From positions 1 through 24,829 of IMG/VR virus record IMGVR_UViG_3300027772_001322: 24,829 nucleotides of DNA; one strand, written 5' to 3'. The position numbers were made by a program, and so were the translations under genes. Below the pieces are notes generated by a model, which was given only the letters and a program-made list of their open reading frames with translations, had not been told where the DNA came from and made no database searches. The stretch is from a virus (lineage: Duplodnaviria > Caudoviricetes). Shown piece by piece: positions 1-9,049 of this stretch (the first letter of the stretch is position 1; each line of letters opens with the position of its first letter).

Positions 1-1220
1 TCTTTAGTCATCTCAATTACTTCGCCTGATTTGCCAGTAGTAGTGCCTAATGGAGTTCCGGGGCTAAGTTTTCTGTTAGGAGCAGTCTGAATAATCTTGG
101 TTATTTTATCAGTCCAAGTTGGCCACGCCGCTGGACCTTTGAGAATCTTTTTACTGTTTAGTCTTCCGCCTGATGTTGCACCTGCTTTAATTTCTAAATT
201 AGTGCCGGCAATAATCAAATCTCCGCCGTGTGATGCTTTTTGCGCTGGACTTCCCATCATACTCAACGCCATTTCACCTGGGCCAATTGCGCCGCTTGAT
301 TTACCTGGGCTCCATGAAAATACACCATAGCTAGAGAACAGATCTAATATATCCTCGTAGCCAACCACATGGTCTTTAACATTGCCTGCATCTACTGATA
401 TCAACGCTTCCATATCGATAACTTGTCCGTTATAACATGCATCTAAGAATTCTATAATAGTGTTTCGATCAATTTCTTTATTTTGTCTCAACATACGCAT
501 TATCATTCCAAAAAATGCCTGCTTGAATATTGCGGCAAAATTTCTTGCATTATCGTGTATTTTCTTTTCTGCCTTGTTCAATGCTTTGTATGTGTTGTCG
601 TCAATTGATGTGTAACCCTGTACCTTGTTGGCCAGTAGTTCGAGTTTATCAAACATGCTGTTGGTAATTTCTTCAGCTCTCAGTACATATTTCTTTTCAA
701 GTGTTTTGAATTCTTTTTTTGCATTTTTTACCATTTTGACAGCAAGTGATGCAAGATCTACAGTTTGGTCAAGTTTCATTAACCCTTGAGTTTCTAGAAA
801 CTTGATATTTTTTATTGCAATGGCTATTTCTTCAGGAGAAACATCAGACGATTTTGATTCTTTCAGTATGTTATCTGATGTTAGTGTTTTGATTAGATCT
901 AAAACTAATCTTTTAGCAGGTTCCCAGTCAGGTATGCTGTTGGCATCTGCAACTAGTTTTCTTAACTTACTACTTACAACACCTGCAAGAATAGAAGAAC
1001 GTTCATCAGGTTGTGGTTGTGCTTGAGCTACTGGAGCAGGCAGCGCCACAGGAGTAATAGGTTGTGGTTGTGCTTGAGCTACCGGAGCAGGCTGTGCTTG
1101 AGCTATTGGAGTTTCTTCAGGTTCAACCTGAGGTTGTTCTCCGTTAAGAGCCGCAAGTTGTTCCTCGTCTTCTTCTGGAGTTGTGGGGGCTAATTCAAAT
1201 AAAATATCTAGTACACGCAT
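1..1220 (-). CDS. Large protein (partial, runs off the left edge) with a Pro/Gln/Ala-rich linker and a PD-(D/E)XK nuclease-like motif
   Basis: Not in the ORF track. Manual translation from ATG at 1220: MRVLDILFELAPTTPEEDEEQ..., open to position 1 (>400 aa). Contains GPGEMALSMM...GGDLIIAGTNLEIKA. TAAATA lies 8 nt upstream. Confidence 0.8.
   Translation of the reverse strand, partial: MRVLDILFELAPTTPEEDEEQLAALNGEQPQVEPEETPIAQAQPAPVAQAQPQPITPVALPAPVAQAQPQPDERSSILAGVVSSKLRKLVADANSIPDWEPAKRLVLDLIKTLTSDNILKESKSSDVSPEEIAIAIKNIKFLETQGLMKLDQTVDLASLAVKMVKNAKKEFKTLEKKYVLRAEEITNSMFDKLELLANKVQGYTSIDDNTYKALNKAEKKIHDNARNFAAIFKQAFFGMIMRMLRQNKEIDRNTIIEFLDACYNGQVIDMEALISVDAGNVKDHVVGYEDILDLFSSYGVFSWSPGKSSGAIGPGEMALSMMGSPAQKASHGGDLIIAGTNLEIKAGATSGGRLNSKKILKGPAAWPTWTDKITKIIQTAPNRKLSPGTPLGTTTGKSGEVIEMTK
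1008..1111 (-). repeat. Intragenic direct repeat encoding PAPVAQAQPQP
   Basis: 34-nt copies at 1008-1041 and 1059-1092 (1 mismatch), plus a partial third copy at ~1089-1111; in frame. Confidence 0.85.
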
Positions 1221-1231
1221 AGTGCTAGTAT

Positions 1232-1912
1232 TTAGCGTATTTCAGGGAACAAACAATCCTGAATGAAATGTGTGACATCCTCTTCACTTAGCCCTAAACT
1301 GACCATAACTTTAGGTGTATGCGGGTTCTGTTTCTGATTAACGCAGTAGTAGTTCTGCGCATCTGTAGTGTCTCTAGCAGTTTTATTAGTTTCGTCCACA
1401 GTTTCTAAATAGTGATCAACACCTTTCTTTGCCATGGCGAATATCTGCTCTAATTCAGCTGGTTCGCTCACATTGCCAGCGGCAATCATATTACCACTGA
1501 AAATACGTTCTGCCCAGTCTGGAAGTTTACGCTTGCGATTCCAATCCAGTTTGTTAGATTCATCAGCAAACCAATCCAACATGGGATGTTCTGTATCACC
1601 AGCAGGACTATAATCGTAGAAACAGCCAGTTATTTTACGTTTGCCAGCAATCACATCAAAGCCAAAAATAGGTGCAGGATTGTGTGTGTATGGAAAAATG
1701 CAACAGTGCATCATCCACAGTCCTTTTGTTTCTCTAGCATCTACAACATCAATGTGTGCTCTGCGATAGCGACTACTTTGCCACACTTTGTTGACCCATC
1801 CTGGTTGATTGAAACGATCCATGCCTGGTTCGTGTATAATACTGCCGGTTGCGTAAAAGCGTGATTCGAAGTATTCTTCGATTTTAATTAATGTATCCCA
1901 GACGTCACTCAT
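1232..1912 (-). CDS. pcyX: Ferredoxin-dependent bilin reductase, PcyX type
   Basis: FDBR motifs RRAHIDVVD, WMMHCCIFP, PIFGFDVIAG, LPDWAERIFS, QKQNPHT. His69/Asp86 pair present, with Asp55 where cyanobacterial PcyA has Glu (recalled PcyX signature). Directly downstream of heme oxygenase. Confidence 0.88.
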   Translation of the reverse strand: MSDVWDTLIKIEEYFESRFYATGSIIHEPGMDRFNQPGWVNKVWQSSRYRRAHIDVVDARETKGLWMMHCCIFPYTHNPAPIFGFDVIAGKRKITGCFYDYSPAGDTEHPMLDWFADESNKLDWNRKRKLPDWAERIFSGNMIAAGNVSEPAELEQIFAMAKKGVDHYLETVDETNKTARDTTDAQNYYCVNQKQNPHTPKVMVSLGLSEEDVTHFIQDCLFPEIR

Positions 1913-2453
1913 CTGTAACCTGTGTCATCATTTGTTCAAATAGTTTACCAGCAAATTCAAAACATACAACTGCTTCATCTGCAAGGCTGTCATCCAGTTT
2001 GGCACGTAGAATATTTTTAATAGCTTCTGGATCGCCATCAAACTGATACATCTTACCAGCACCTGGTACTCGCTTGGCAATCATTTGTCCACCACTCAAA
2101 TCACCAAAATGACGTACATACAAGTGTGCCAACAGTTTTTTAGGATCATCTTTAATACTAATAATATATTGTATGTATTCGTTTACTGCTGGACACATGT
2201 ACGGTGAACTGGTGTCATCTCCCCATAGTTCTAAGAAGTCGGACAGTATAGCAGGTGCTCTACGAATGGCGGGATAGTCATTCATCAAGCCGTGTGGCAT
2301 AGCACACACTTCTAAAATTTCATAACAAGGGTGTTGATTCTTAAGGAATGTTGCGTACAGCTTGGGATCAATTTTACCTGAAAACAATACCTTAACAAAA
2401 GGCTTGGTCTCTGCCGCTTTGTGGGCCGCATGTGTGAGATCTTTTAAGCTCAT
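1905..2453 (-). CDS. hemO: Heme oxygenase (biliverdin-producing)
   Basis: LKDLTHAAHKAAE proximal His helix and AHLYVRHFGDLSGGQMIA distal helix signature. Confidence 0.93.
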   Translation of the reverse strand: MSLKDLTHAAHKAAETKPFVKVLFSGKIDPKLYATFLKNQHPCYEILEVCAMPHGLMNDYPAIRRAPAILSDFLELWGDDTSSPYMCPAVNEYIQYIISIKDDPKKLLAHLYVRHFGDLSGGQMIAKRVPGAGKMYQFDGDPEAIKNILRAKLDDSLADEAVVCFEFAGKLFEQMMTQVTDE

Positions 2454-2752
2454 TCTTCTTCCAGTTTAATCTGCAATGGGTGGCCGTTGGTACGTGCTTG
2501 ATTTGTGGCTTCAACTGCTTTTGCTTCAGCAATTTCAAAACTGTAAACACCTGCAATGCCCGACCCAGTTTCGTGAACATCCAGCATGATTTCACGTGCA
2601 GTATCGTCTGTGTGTTTGAAAATTTCTATTAATACTCCAATCACAAACTCCATGGGAGTTGAATCGTCATTTAACAATATGACCTTCCAACGTTTTGGTT
2701 CTGATATAGTTACTTTAATTTTTTCATCTAATTGGATGTCAGTGGTTGCCAT
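2450..2752 (-). CDS. clpS: ClpS N-degron adaptor
   Basis: KVILLNDDSTPMEFV and MLDVHETGSGIAGVYSFEIAEAK motifs. Start moved to ATG 2752 (MATTDIQ); its stop overlaps the hemO start (ATGA). Confidence 0.93.
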   Translation of the reverse strand: MATTDIQLDEKIKVTISEPKRWKVILLNDDSTPMEFVIGVLIEIFKHTDDTAREIMLDVHETGSGIAGVYSFEIAEAKAVEATNQARTNGHPLQIKLEEE

Positions 2753-2766
2753 TATGTTCTCTTTCA

Positions 2767-2788
2767 AAGAGGGGGAGTTTCCTCCCCC
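2767..2788 (-). terminator. Hairpin/weak intrinsic terminator after hsp20
   Basis: Minus strand GGGGGAG-GAAA-CTCCCCC followed by TCTTT; GNRA loop, short U tract. Confidence 0.65.
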
Positions 2789-2795
2789 CGGTTTA

Positions 2796-3218
2796 TTATT
2801 TAATCTCGATTTGTCGAGGCTTCAATGCTTCTGGCACAAGACGTTGAATGTCTATTTGCAACATTCCGTTTTCTACCTTAGCACCCCTAACTTCCATATA
2901 CTCAGCAAGAGTAAATGTCTGTTCAAAATCACGAGCTGCCAATCCTCGATGCAAGTATTCTACTTCGCCTTCGTTCGGACGATTTTTTACGCCACGGATT
3001 GTTAGTTGGTCTTGATCCACTTCTACAGTAACTTCTTCTTTGCTGAAGCCTGCCACAGCAACTTCAATACCGTAACTACCATCATTATATTTTACAATAT
3101 TATGTGGAGGATAGTTACCATTTTGGTGATGCGGTGCAGTGAAGTAGCGATCAAATCCCACTAGTGCTCTACTTAGTTGGGCAAGAGCTGCCGTATCTAT
3201 TGTTCTAAGTTGGTTCAT
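2796..3218 (-). CDS. hsp20: Small heat shock protein (Hsp20/IbpA-like)
   Basis: NYPPHNIVK, IEVAVAGF, YLHRGLAARDFEQTFTLA, ENGMLQI motifs. Start ATG 3218 behind an AAAGGAGA SD. Confidence 0.95.
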   Translation of the reverse strand: MNQLRTIDTAALAQLSRALVGFDRYFTAPHHQNGNYPPHNIVKYNDGSYGIEVAVAGFSKEEVTVEVDQDQLTIRGVKNRPNEGEVEYLHRGLAARDFEQTFTLAEYMEVRGAKVENGMLQIDIQRLVPEALKPRQIEIK

Positions 3219-3271
3219 AATTTTCTCCTTTAAATAAGCAAGAACCGTGTAGGGCCCCGGAGGCACCCTAC
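3216..3271 (-). promoter_or_regulatory. hsp20 5' leader: tetraloop hairpin plus ROSE-like RNA thermometer
   Basis: GTAGGGT-G-CC-TCCG-GG-GCCCTAC hairpin, then TTCTTGCT...AGGAGAA with UUGCU pairing the SD around a bulged G. Confidence 0.8.
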
Positions 3272-3283
3272 GTTTGTATTATA

Positions 3284-5191
3284 TTACTTTTTCTCTGCAG
3301 GGTCAACTTCTGTGAAGCTAGCATCTACAGTTTGTTCAGTCGCTGGCGTTGCTTGGGCAGTTGCTTGAGCACTTTCGGCGGCTTGTTTCTTAGCCATAAC
3401 TGGTCCTGCGGCTTCGAAGAATGTTTCAACTGATTTTTGAACAGCATCCTTATCTTCTCCGGCACAGGCTTCCTCTACAGCTTTAACTGATTCGTCAAAC
3501 TTTGTGCGTTCTTCTTCAGTCAATTGATCTTTGTACGTATCGTAATCTTTCTTAATGCTGTGGGTTGTTGCTTCAGCATTGTTACGTGCATCAATCAATT
3601 CTTTTGCCTTCTTGTCTGATTCAGCATTTTCTTCAGCTTCACGGACCATGCGTTGGATCTCAGCTTCGGTCAATCCGCTATCAGATTTGATAGTAATCTT
3701 ATTTTCTTTGCCAGTGTTTTTATCCTTGGCACTTACATTAAGAATACCGTTGGCATCAATGTCTAAGGTAACTTCAATTTGTGGGGTACCACGCATTGCT
3801 GGAGCAATACCTTCTAAATTGAACTCGCCTAACAGTTTGTTAAATCTAAACAAGTCACGTTCGCCTTGCGCAACTTTAATAGTTACAGCTGGTTGATTAT
3901 CATCAGCAGTACTGAATGTTTGACTGTGTTTAGTTGGAATAGTTGTGTTCTTGGCAATCAGCTTGGTAAACACTCCGCCCATTGTTTCAATACCTAGTGT
4001 CAATGGAGTAACGTCCAACAACAACACGTCTGTCTTGTCGCCAGATAATACCGCACCTTGAATGGCAGCACCTGCGGCCACTGCTTCGTCTGGGTTGACG
4101 TCTTTACGTGGGGCCTTGCCAAACAGTTTCTCAACTGCTTCTTGTACTTTAGGCATACGTGTTTGTCCACCAACAAGAATAACTTCGTCGATGTCTGCGG
4201 CTGTAACTTTGGCATCGGACATTGCAATCTTACATGGCTCAATACTACGCTCGATTAGTTTTTCAACCATTTGTTCAAACTTAGTACGACTAATGGTTAC
4301 ATTCAAGTGTTTAGGACCACTTGCATCAGCTGTAACATATGGCAAGTTAACTGTGGTTTGAGCTGTGCTAGATAACTCAATCTTGGCTTTTTCAGCTGAG
4401 TCTTTCAAACGCTGTAAGGCAAGCATATCTTGTTTCAAGTCAATGCCGTTTTCTTTCTTAAACTCATCAACTAGATAATCCATAAGAGCCTGGTCAAAGT
4501 CTTCACCGCCAAGGAATGTATCGCCGTTTGTTGACAACACTTCAATTTGCTTGTCGCCGTCCACATTGGCAATTTCAATTATGGAGATATCAAATGTGCC
4601 GCCGCCCAAGTCGTATACCGCAATCTTGCGATCTCTCTTGTCTTGTTTGTCTACACCGTATGCCAGTGCGGCCGCTGTTGGCTCGTTGATAATACGCAAT
4701 ACTTCTAAACCTGCAATCTTACCTGCATCTTTGGTTGCTTGGCGTTGGCTGTCATTGAAGTAAGCTGGAACTGTAATAACCGCTTGAGTTACTGTTGTGC
4801 CCAGATAGTCTTCAGCAGTCTTTTTCATTTTTCTAAGTACTTCAGCTGACACCTGTTGTGGTGCTAGTTTTTCTCCATTTGCTTCAATCCATGCATCACC
4901 ATTGTCTGCTTGGACAATAGCGTATGGCATCAAGTCAATGTCTTTTTGTACTTCTTTCTCGTCAAACTTACGTCCAATAAGACGCTTGCTGGCGTAGATA
5001 GTATTCTTTGGATTTGTGACTGCTTGTCGTTTTGCTGTTGCGCCTACCAGTACTTCTTTGTCTGTATACGCAATGATTGATGGTGTTGTTCTAGCACCTT
5101 CGCTGTTTTCAATTACTTTGGCAATTCCGTTTTCTAGGATTGCCACACAGCTATTTGTTGTACCTAAATCGATACCGATGATTTTGCTCAT
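3284..5191 (-). CDS. dnaK: Chaperone DnaK (Hsp70)
   Basis: [47 protein letters not shown] motifs. Start ATG 5191 (MSKIIG) behind AAAGGAGA. Confidence 0.98.
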   Translation of the reverse strand: MSKIIGIDLGTTNSCVAILENGIAKVIENSEGARTTPSIIAYTDKEVLVGATAKRQAVTNPKNTIYASKRLIGRKFDEKEVQKDIDLMPYAIVQADNGDAWIEANGEKLAPQQVSAEVLRKMKKTAEDYLGTTVTQAVITVPAYFNDSQRQATKDAGKIAGLEVLRIINEPTAAALAYGVDKQDKRDRKIAVYDLGGGTFDISIIEIANVDGDKQIEVLSTNGDTFLGGEDFDQALMDYLVDEFKKENGIDLKQDMLALQRLKDSAEKAKIELSSTAQTTVNLPYVTADASGPKHLNVTISRTKFEQMVEKLIERSIEPCKIAMSDAKVTAADIDEVILVGGQTRMPKVQEAVEKLFGKAPRKDVNPDEAVAAGAAIQGAVLSGDKTDVLLLDVTPLTLGIETMGGVFTKLIAKNTTIPTKHSQTFSTADDNQPAVTIKVAQGERDLFRFNKLLGEFNLEGIAPAMRGTPQIEVTLDIDANGILNVSAKDKNTGKENKITIKSDSGLTEAEIQRMVREAEENAESDKKAKELIDARNNAEATTHSIKKDYDTYKDQLTEEERTKFDESVKAVEEACAGEDKDAVQKSVETFFEAAGPVMAKKQAAESAQATAQATPATEQTVDASFTEVDPAEKK

Positions 5192-5245
5192 AATTTTCTC
5201 CTTTAAATTAAGCAAGAATATGTAAAACCCTTACGGCGTTTTACA
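5189..5245 (-). promoter_or_regulatory. dnaK 5' leader: tetraloop hairpin plus ROSE-like RNA thermometer
   Basis: TGTAAAAC-G-CC-GTAA-GG-GTTTTACA hairpin, then TTCTTGCTTAATTTAAAGGAGAAAATTATG, near-identical to the hsp20 leader. Confidence 0.8.
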
Positions 5246-5257
5246 AATTTATTTATC

Positions 5258-5542
5258 TCAGATATTCTCTAAATTCTGAATATTTGACCACTTTTTTAGC
5301 TTTTCAATTTTGGCTTCCTGGGCACGTTCAATGTTGGTATAGGACACAATATCCATACTGTGCAAGATATCAATCATTGCCAACATATCACCCAATTCTT
5401 CTTCCAAGTGTTCTCGATTGGTTTTGGGTTTGCCTGGCTTGAAATTGTCCAGTCCAAAGCGGCTGATCTTACTTACCGCTTGTATAACTTCAGCACATTC
5501 TTCTTGGAGAATGTCCATTACTTCTTTAATTTGACTATCCAT
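5258..5542 (-). CDS. MazG-like NTP pyrophosphohydrolase
   Basis: LQEECAEVIQAVSK ... LEEELGDMLAMI (EExxE / EExxD metal-binding motifs). Confidence 0.85.
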   Translation of the reverse strand: MDSQIKEVMDILQEECAEVIQAVSKISRFGLDNFKPGKPKTNREHLEEELGDMLAMIDILHSMDIVSYTNIERAQEAKIEKLKKWSNIQNLENI

Positions 5543-5545
5543 ATA

Positions 5546-6127
5546 TTACCTTTGATTTGCAAATGGTGCGATGTAACTTCCACCGCTTGTGGTACTGGTA
5601 CGCAATGTGTTATAGACAGTTTGAATACCAACAGCTTGATTCCATGCATCCTCAAGAGCATGGTGAGCTGTGACTGGTGGACGCTGAGGATTGATACCTA
5701 AATCAAATGCTGTGCGTACATCACGTACTTCCCAGAATTTCCAAGGAATAGCACGATTGATTTTACGGTAAACATGTTCGCAAATGATGATGTCAAAACA
5801 ACTACCATTTGACCAAACACGTTTTGCACCCCAGCAGAATTTATACAGTCGAGCAAATGCTTCTTCTATATCAATTCTATCATTAGGGTCAAATGCGGCT
5901 TCTTGCGCTTCTTTGCTTTGATTAGCCCACCAAGCAATGGTATCGTCACTTGTTGTTAAGCCAATCCTGTCACAGCTATCAACATCTACTCGACAGTAAA
6001 AACTATCCATTTTGGGTTCTTTAATTTCAGATCCAAACGGATCAAACTTTACAGCACCAATTGTGAGAATAGTTGCGTCAGGAGTTGTGTTTAGAGTCTC
6101 CAAATCTATCATAATGTCAGTATTCAT
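5546..6127 (-). CDS. DEDDh 3'-5' exo(ribo)nuclease (RNase AS-like)
   Basis: IMIDLETL, WSNGSCFDI, RDVRT, HHALEDA motifs. Confidence 0.88.
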   Translation of the reverse strand: MNTDIMIDLETLNTTPDATILTIGAVKFDPFGSEIKEPKMDSFYCRVDVDSCDRIGLTTSDDTIAWWANQSKEAQEAAFDPNDRIDIEEAFARLYKFCWGAKRVWSNGSCFDIIICEHVYRKINRAIPWKFWEVRDVRTAFDLGINPQRPPVTAHHALEDAWNQAVGIQTVYNTLRTSTTSGGSYIAPFANQR

Positions 6128-6133
6128 ACAAAC

Positions 6134-6162
6134 ATTATAACAGACTTAGATTGTGATGTCAA
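6134..6162 (-). promoter_or_regulatory. Consensus sigma70 promoter, probably leaderless transcript
   Basis: TTGACA(6162-6157)-17 nt-TATAAT(6139-6134); ATG 6 nt later with no SD. Confidence 0.85.
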
Positions 6163-6392
6163 TACATTTTCTTAGGTAATTGCTGATCTCTGAGCTTCTT
6201 TTTCCAACGTGCTTTGGCGGCACCTTTTTTACGTTTGCGCTCTGTAGTTGGTTTTTCGTAAAATTCTTTGGCACGTAAGTCGTCCAAAAGACCTGAGTCT
6301 TCAATTTTACGTTTAAATCGTCGCAAGGCTTGGTTGATGTTTTCACCGTCTTTGACAGTTACACCAGTTCCCTTACTCTTCTTGTACATCAT
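6159..6392 (-). CDS. rpsU: Ribosomal protein bS21
   Basis: [19 protein letters not shown]...[14 protein letters not shown] signature. Start is 6392 or 6389 (GAGG upstream). Confidence 0.93.
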   Translation of the reverse strand: MMYKKSKGTGVTVKDGENINQALRRFKRKIEDSGLLDDLRAKEFYEKPTTERKRKKGAAKARWKKKLRDQQLPKKMY

Positions 6393-6789
6393 CGTCTTCA
6401 TCCTCTTCGTAGTTTTTAATTTGGTTCACAATCCAGTCTAAATTATATATGCGATTTTTACTTATCAGATTAAATGGAGTGGTATCATCTTTAGTGATAT
6501 AGTGTGTATTGGCTTGTGCTAATAAAAACGTAGAAAACTGTTTGGTGATTGGATCGCAATTATCGATATCCAAAATGATAACTTCTACTTGGTGAGCAAT
6601 GCTCAACATCCAGCCAATATCGTGATCTTCGTTATCAAACACAAAAACGTTGATGTCATCAATGCTTTGACTTAGAATTGTTTGGAATTGTTCTTTAACA
6701 TAGTTGCTAGGTTTAACTAGCAAATAACTTAAATTCATATTAAACAATTTGTCTGGTGGCGTAATTAAGGTTATTTTTCCTAAATTCAT
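6373..6789 (-). CDS. Hypothetical protein
   Basis: 138-aa ORF tiling between neighbours; acidic tail overlaps the bS21 start. Confidence 0.8.
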   Translation of the reverse strand: MNLGKITLITPPDKLFNMNLSYLLVKPSNYVKEQFQTILSQSIDDINVFVFDNEDHDIGWMLSIAHQVEVIILDIDNCDPITKQFSTFLLAQANTHYITKDDTTPFNLISKNRIYNLDWIVNQIKNYEEDEDDDVQEE

Positions 6790-6905
6790 ATAGTATTCTT
6801 TTTAATTTTTGTCCAAAGCGAATTGTTTGATTGTTCTGCATTTTGAACATAGCCTATCTGCTCTTCACTTGTATGTGACCCGTAGGGTCCTTGATCATAT
6901 AAGTC
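6786..6905 (-). other. Putative -1 frameshift extension (39 aa) of the 6854-8164 protein
   Basis: The -1 frame after A_AAA_AAG reads [39 protein letters not shown]; its TGA (6788-6786) overlaps the next ATG. Confidence 0.6.
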
Positions 6906-8164
6906 TTTTTTTTTGAATCTTCAGGTTCAATAACTTCTGTAAAATCCGGACGTATTCTGGTTTGATTATAGTAAGACACTGAATCAACCCACTGACTTCC
7001 ATTAAAAGTAAATTCCCTTGGAGTATCAAAGTCCATGCGAGTGAAGACTTGGCCTTCAACTGGATTATATGGAAACTGTGTTCCTTGATCTTTATCCAGT
7101 TCTTTTTGAAGTTCAGGAATAATTTGATACTTTCTAGCTTCTTTCTCAATTACTTCCTTTTCAACTTCTTTCTCGGCCTCTTCAATCATTTTGTTCCATT
7201 GCTCTAATGGTATATCCTCTACCATTTCTGCTGGCTTTTCCTCCGGCGCTGTTATATCACCTCCTAGTGCAGTCGACGGTGTTTCGCTTGGAACTTCTTC
7301 TGTGTGTGTTGGTGTAATTTCTTCTACTTCGTTTATGGGTTTGTCCACGCCAGCAACAGGCGTTTCTGTATGTGGTACAGTTGTGTGTAAAAGGTGTTCG
7401 TCTTCATCCTTCTTCCAACCAAAGGTCATCTGTGCGGCCAACAACATGATAACTGCTAATGGATCAAATACAATAACAATGAGAATAATAATCCATGTTA
7501 CTGCTCGTTCCAACATATTTTCATCTGCACCTTTTTCACCGTAGATGAATTTGGCAATGTATTTGATTGGACCTACTTCTGCTTCTACCTTCCTGACCTC
7601 GGCCGCGATTGGAGCCCGTTCTTGACTAACGGCAGCAATAGCTTTCTGTTCGGTTGTGATCTCAGACTGAAGCCTTGCACGTTCTTTTTGTTGACTACGT
7701 CTAATTTGAACTGCTTTCTCGGCGCCTTTTTCATCACTGCTTCTGCCCATGACTTGGTCCACAGCCTCATCCATCTGTTTAAGCGCCTTGCGGTTGGCAT
7801 CTATATTGTCCTTTGCAGTTTTAATCTTTTCGTCATAGATAGCAATCTTACTTTGAACATCACCACTAACTAGATTTTGATCGTTGTGTGCTTTGGAAAG
7901 GAATCCAAAAATACCCATCGAGGTAATAATCATTAACACAACTACTGAAATGATCATGTAGTATTTTATAAAACGTGGAGCACGTTCCCAATTGGCTTTT
8001 AACCAACTTGCACATACCAATTTACCTACTTCTAAAGCTGATCCCATTATTATAATAGGAATCACAGCCGCGGAAAATATAGCAGTTAAACCTACTACAG
8101 AATAGTAGATTGCAACTGCTGATATTATTAAACCTGTTAGAAGTAATAGCCAAGCTAAAATCAT
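6854..8164 (-). CDS. Membrane protein: 3 N-terminal TM helices, coiled coil, fourth TM, acidic tail
   Basis: Hydrophobic segments near aa 1-90 and 222-247 flank a heptad-rich region. Confidence 0.85.
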   Translation of the reverse strand: MILAWLLLLTGLIISAVAIYYSVVGLTAIFSAAVIPIIIMGSALEVGKLVCASWLKANWERAPRFIKYYMIISVVVLMIITSMGIFGFLSKAHNDQNLVSGDVQSKIAIYDEKIKTAKDNIDANRKALKQMDEAVDQVMGRSSDEKGAEKAVQIRRSQQKERARLQSEITTEQKAIAAVSQERAPIAAEVRKVEAEVGPIKYIAKFIYGEKGADENMLERAVTWIIILIVIVFDPLAVIMLLAAQMTFGWKKDEDEHLLHTTVPHTETPVAGVDKPINEVEEITPTHTEEVPSETPSTALGGDITAPEEKPAEMVEDIPLEQWNKMIEEAEKEVEKEVIEKEARKYQIIPELQKELDKDQGTQFPYNPVEGQVFTRMDFDTPREFTFNGSQWVDSVSYYNQTRIRPDFTEVIEPEDSKKKTYMIKDPTGHIQVKSR

Positions 8165-8174
8165 ATGCTAGTAT

Positions 8175-8510
8175 TTATTTGAATACAATTAAAGCCAATA
8201 GAGCGGCTTGTACAAAAAATCCAAATCCAATGGTAACAATGTTTAGCAAGTCCTTTTGGATGGTTGCTTTAATAAACAAGCAAAACAATCCAGCCCAAGC
8301 AAACAACACCATATCCACTGGTGGCATCTTTTCAGTTAACCCTGTCAGCACAGCAATCATGGTGGGCACGGTAGCAAGGTGTAACAGTACCACAGCAACC
8401 CACCCCATGGTTTCCGCACTTAAATGTGGTGCATTTTCTTTAATGGTTTTGACCCACAAGTTCAAATCAAAGAAATCGTGTATGCTAGTTTTAAGTTTTT
8501 CAATGTTCAT
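8175..8510 (-). CDS. Small 3-TM membrane protein (holin candidate)
   Basis: Three hydrophobic segments; directly downstream of the cell wall hydrolase; AGGA SD. Function inferred from context only. Confidence 0.7.
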   Translation of the reverse strand: MNIEKLKTSIHDFFDLNLWVKTIKENAPHLSAETMGWVAVVLLHLATVPTMIAVLTGLTEKMPPVDMVLFAWAGLFCLFIKATIQKDLLNIVTIGFGFFVQAALLALIVFK

Positions 8511-8518
8511 AATGTATC

Positions 8519-9049
8519 CTAGTTATAAAAAATATGACGACCAATTTTTGCCACTGGCTGTTTGCCCCATTTGGGATTGACATAGTCACCATGGAAGTAA
8601 AGTGCATGTTTGATAGAAGGCAATCTAAATCCTTCCAACAATACCTTTTTGGCCACTTCCATACTTTCTGTGTACACCGGTCCGTTCATGGGTTTCTTAA
8701 CACTAGGACCTTCGCAGTACCAACTAAACTGGCACAGAACTTTTTCGTACACAATATTTTTTTGATAGACAACTTGGCAGATGTCGCTGGGAAATTGTCC
8801 GCTTTCTGCTCGATTAATTGTAACCTGAGCTACTGCTACCTTTCCTTCAAATGGTTCACCACCGGCCTCGTGATATATGTTGCGAGCCAAACAATCTAGT
8901 TGTTTTTGTCTTAGTTCGGCTGTGACCGGACTTACGTTCATGCGGGCTTCTTTAAGATGGTCTAATTTATAATTAATGACCTTGTAGCCTGCATATGTCA
9001 CTGCTAGAAGTGCTAGAGTGAATATTACAAATTTTATGATGCGTATCAT
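8519..9049 (-). CDS. SleB-like cell wall hydrolase (Hydrolase_2) with N-terminal anchor
   Basis: CLARNIYHEAGGE...AVAQVTINR, CQFSW, IGRHIFY motifs; AAAGGAGA SD. Confidence 0.92.
   Translation of the reverse strand: MIRIIKFVIFTLALLAVTYAGYKVINYKLDHLKEARMNVSPVTAELRQKQLDCLARNIYHEAGGEPFEGKVAVAQVTINRAESGQFPSDICQVVYQKNIVYEKVLCQFSWYCEGPSVKKPMNGPVYTESMEVAKKVLLEGFRLPSIKHALYFHGDYVNPKWGKQPVAKIGRHIFYN

Noticed and set aside
713-720. A-run (GCA AAA AAA GAA) in the first ORF
   Set aside because: The -1 frame terminates after 5 codons; ordinary Lys codons.
1008-1111. Direct repeats as a CRISPR array
   Set aside because: Only two full copies with a 17-nt gap, in frame within a coding linker.
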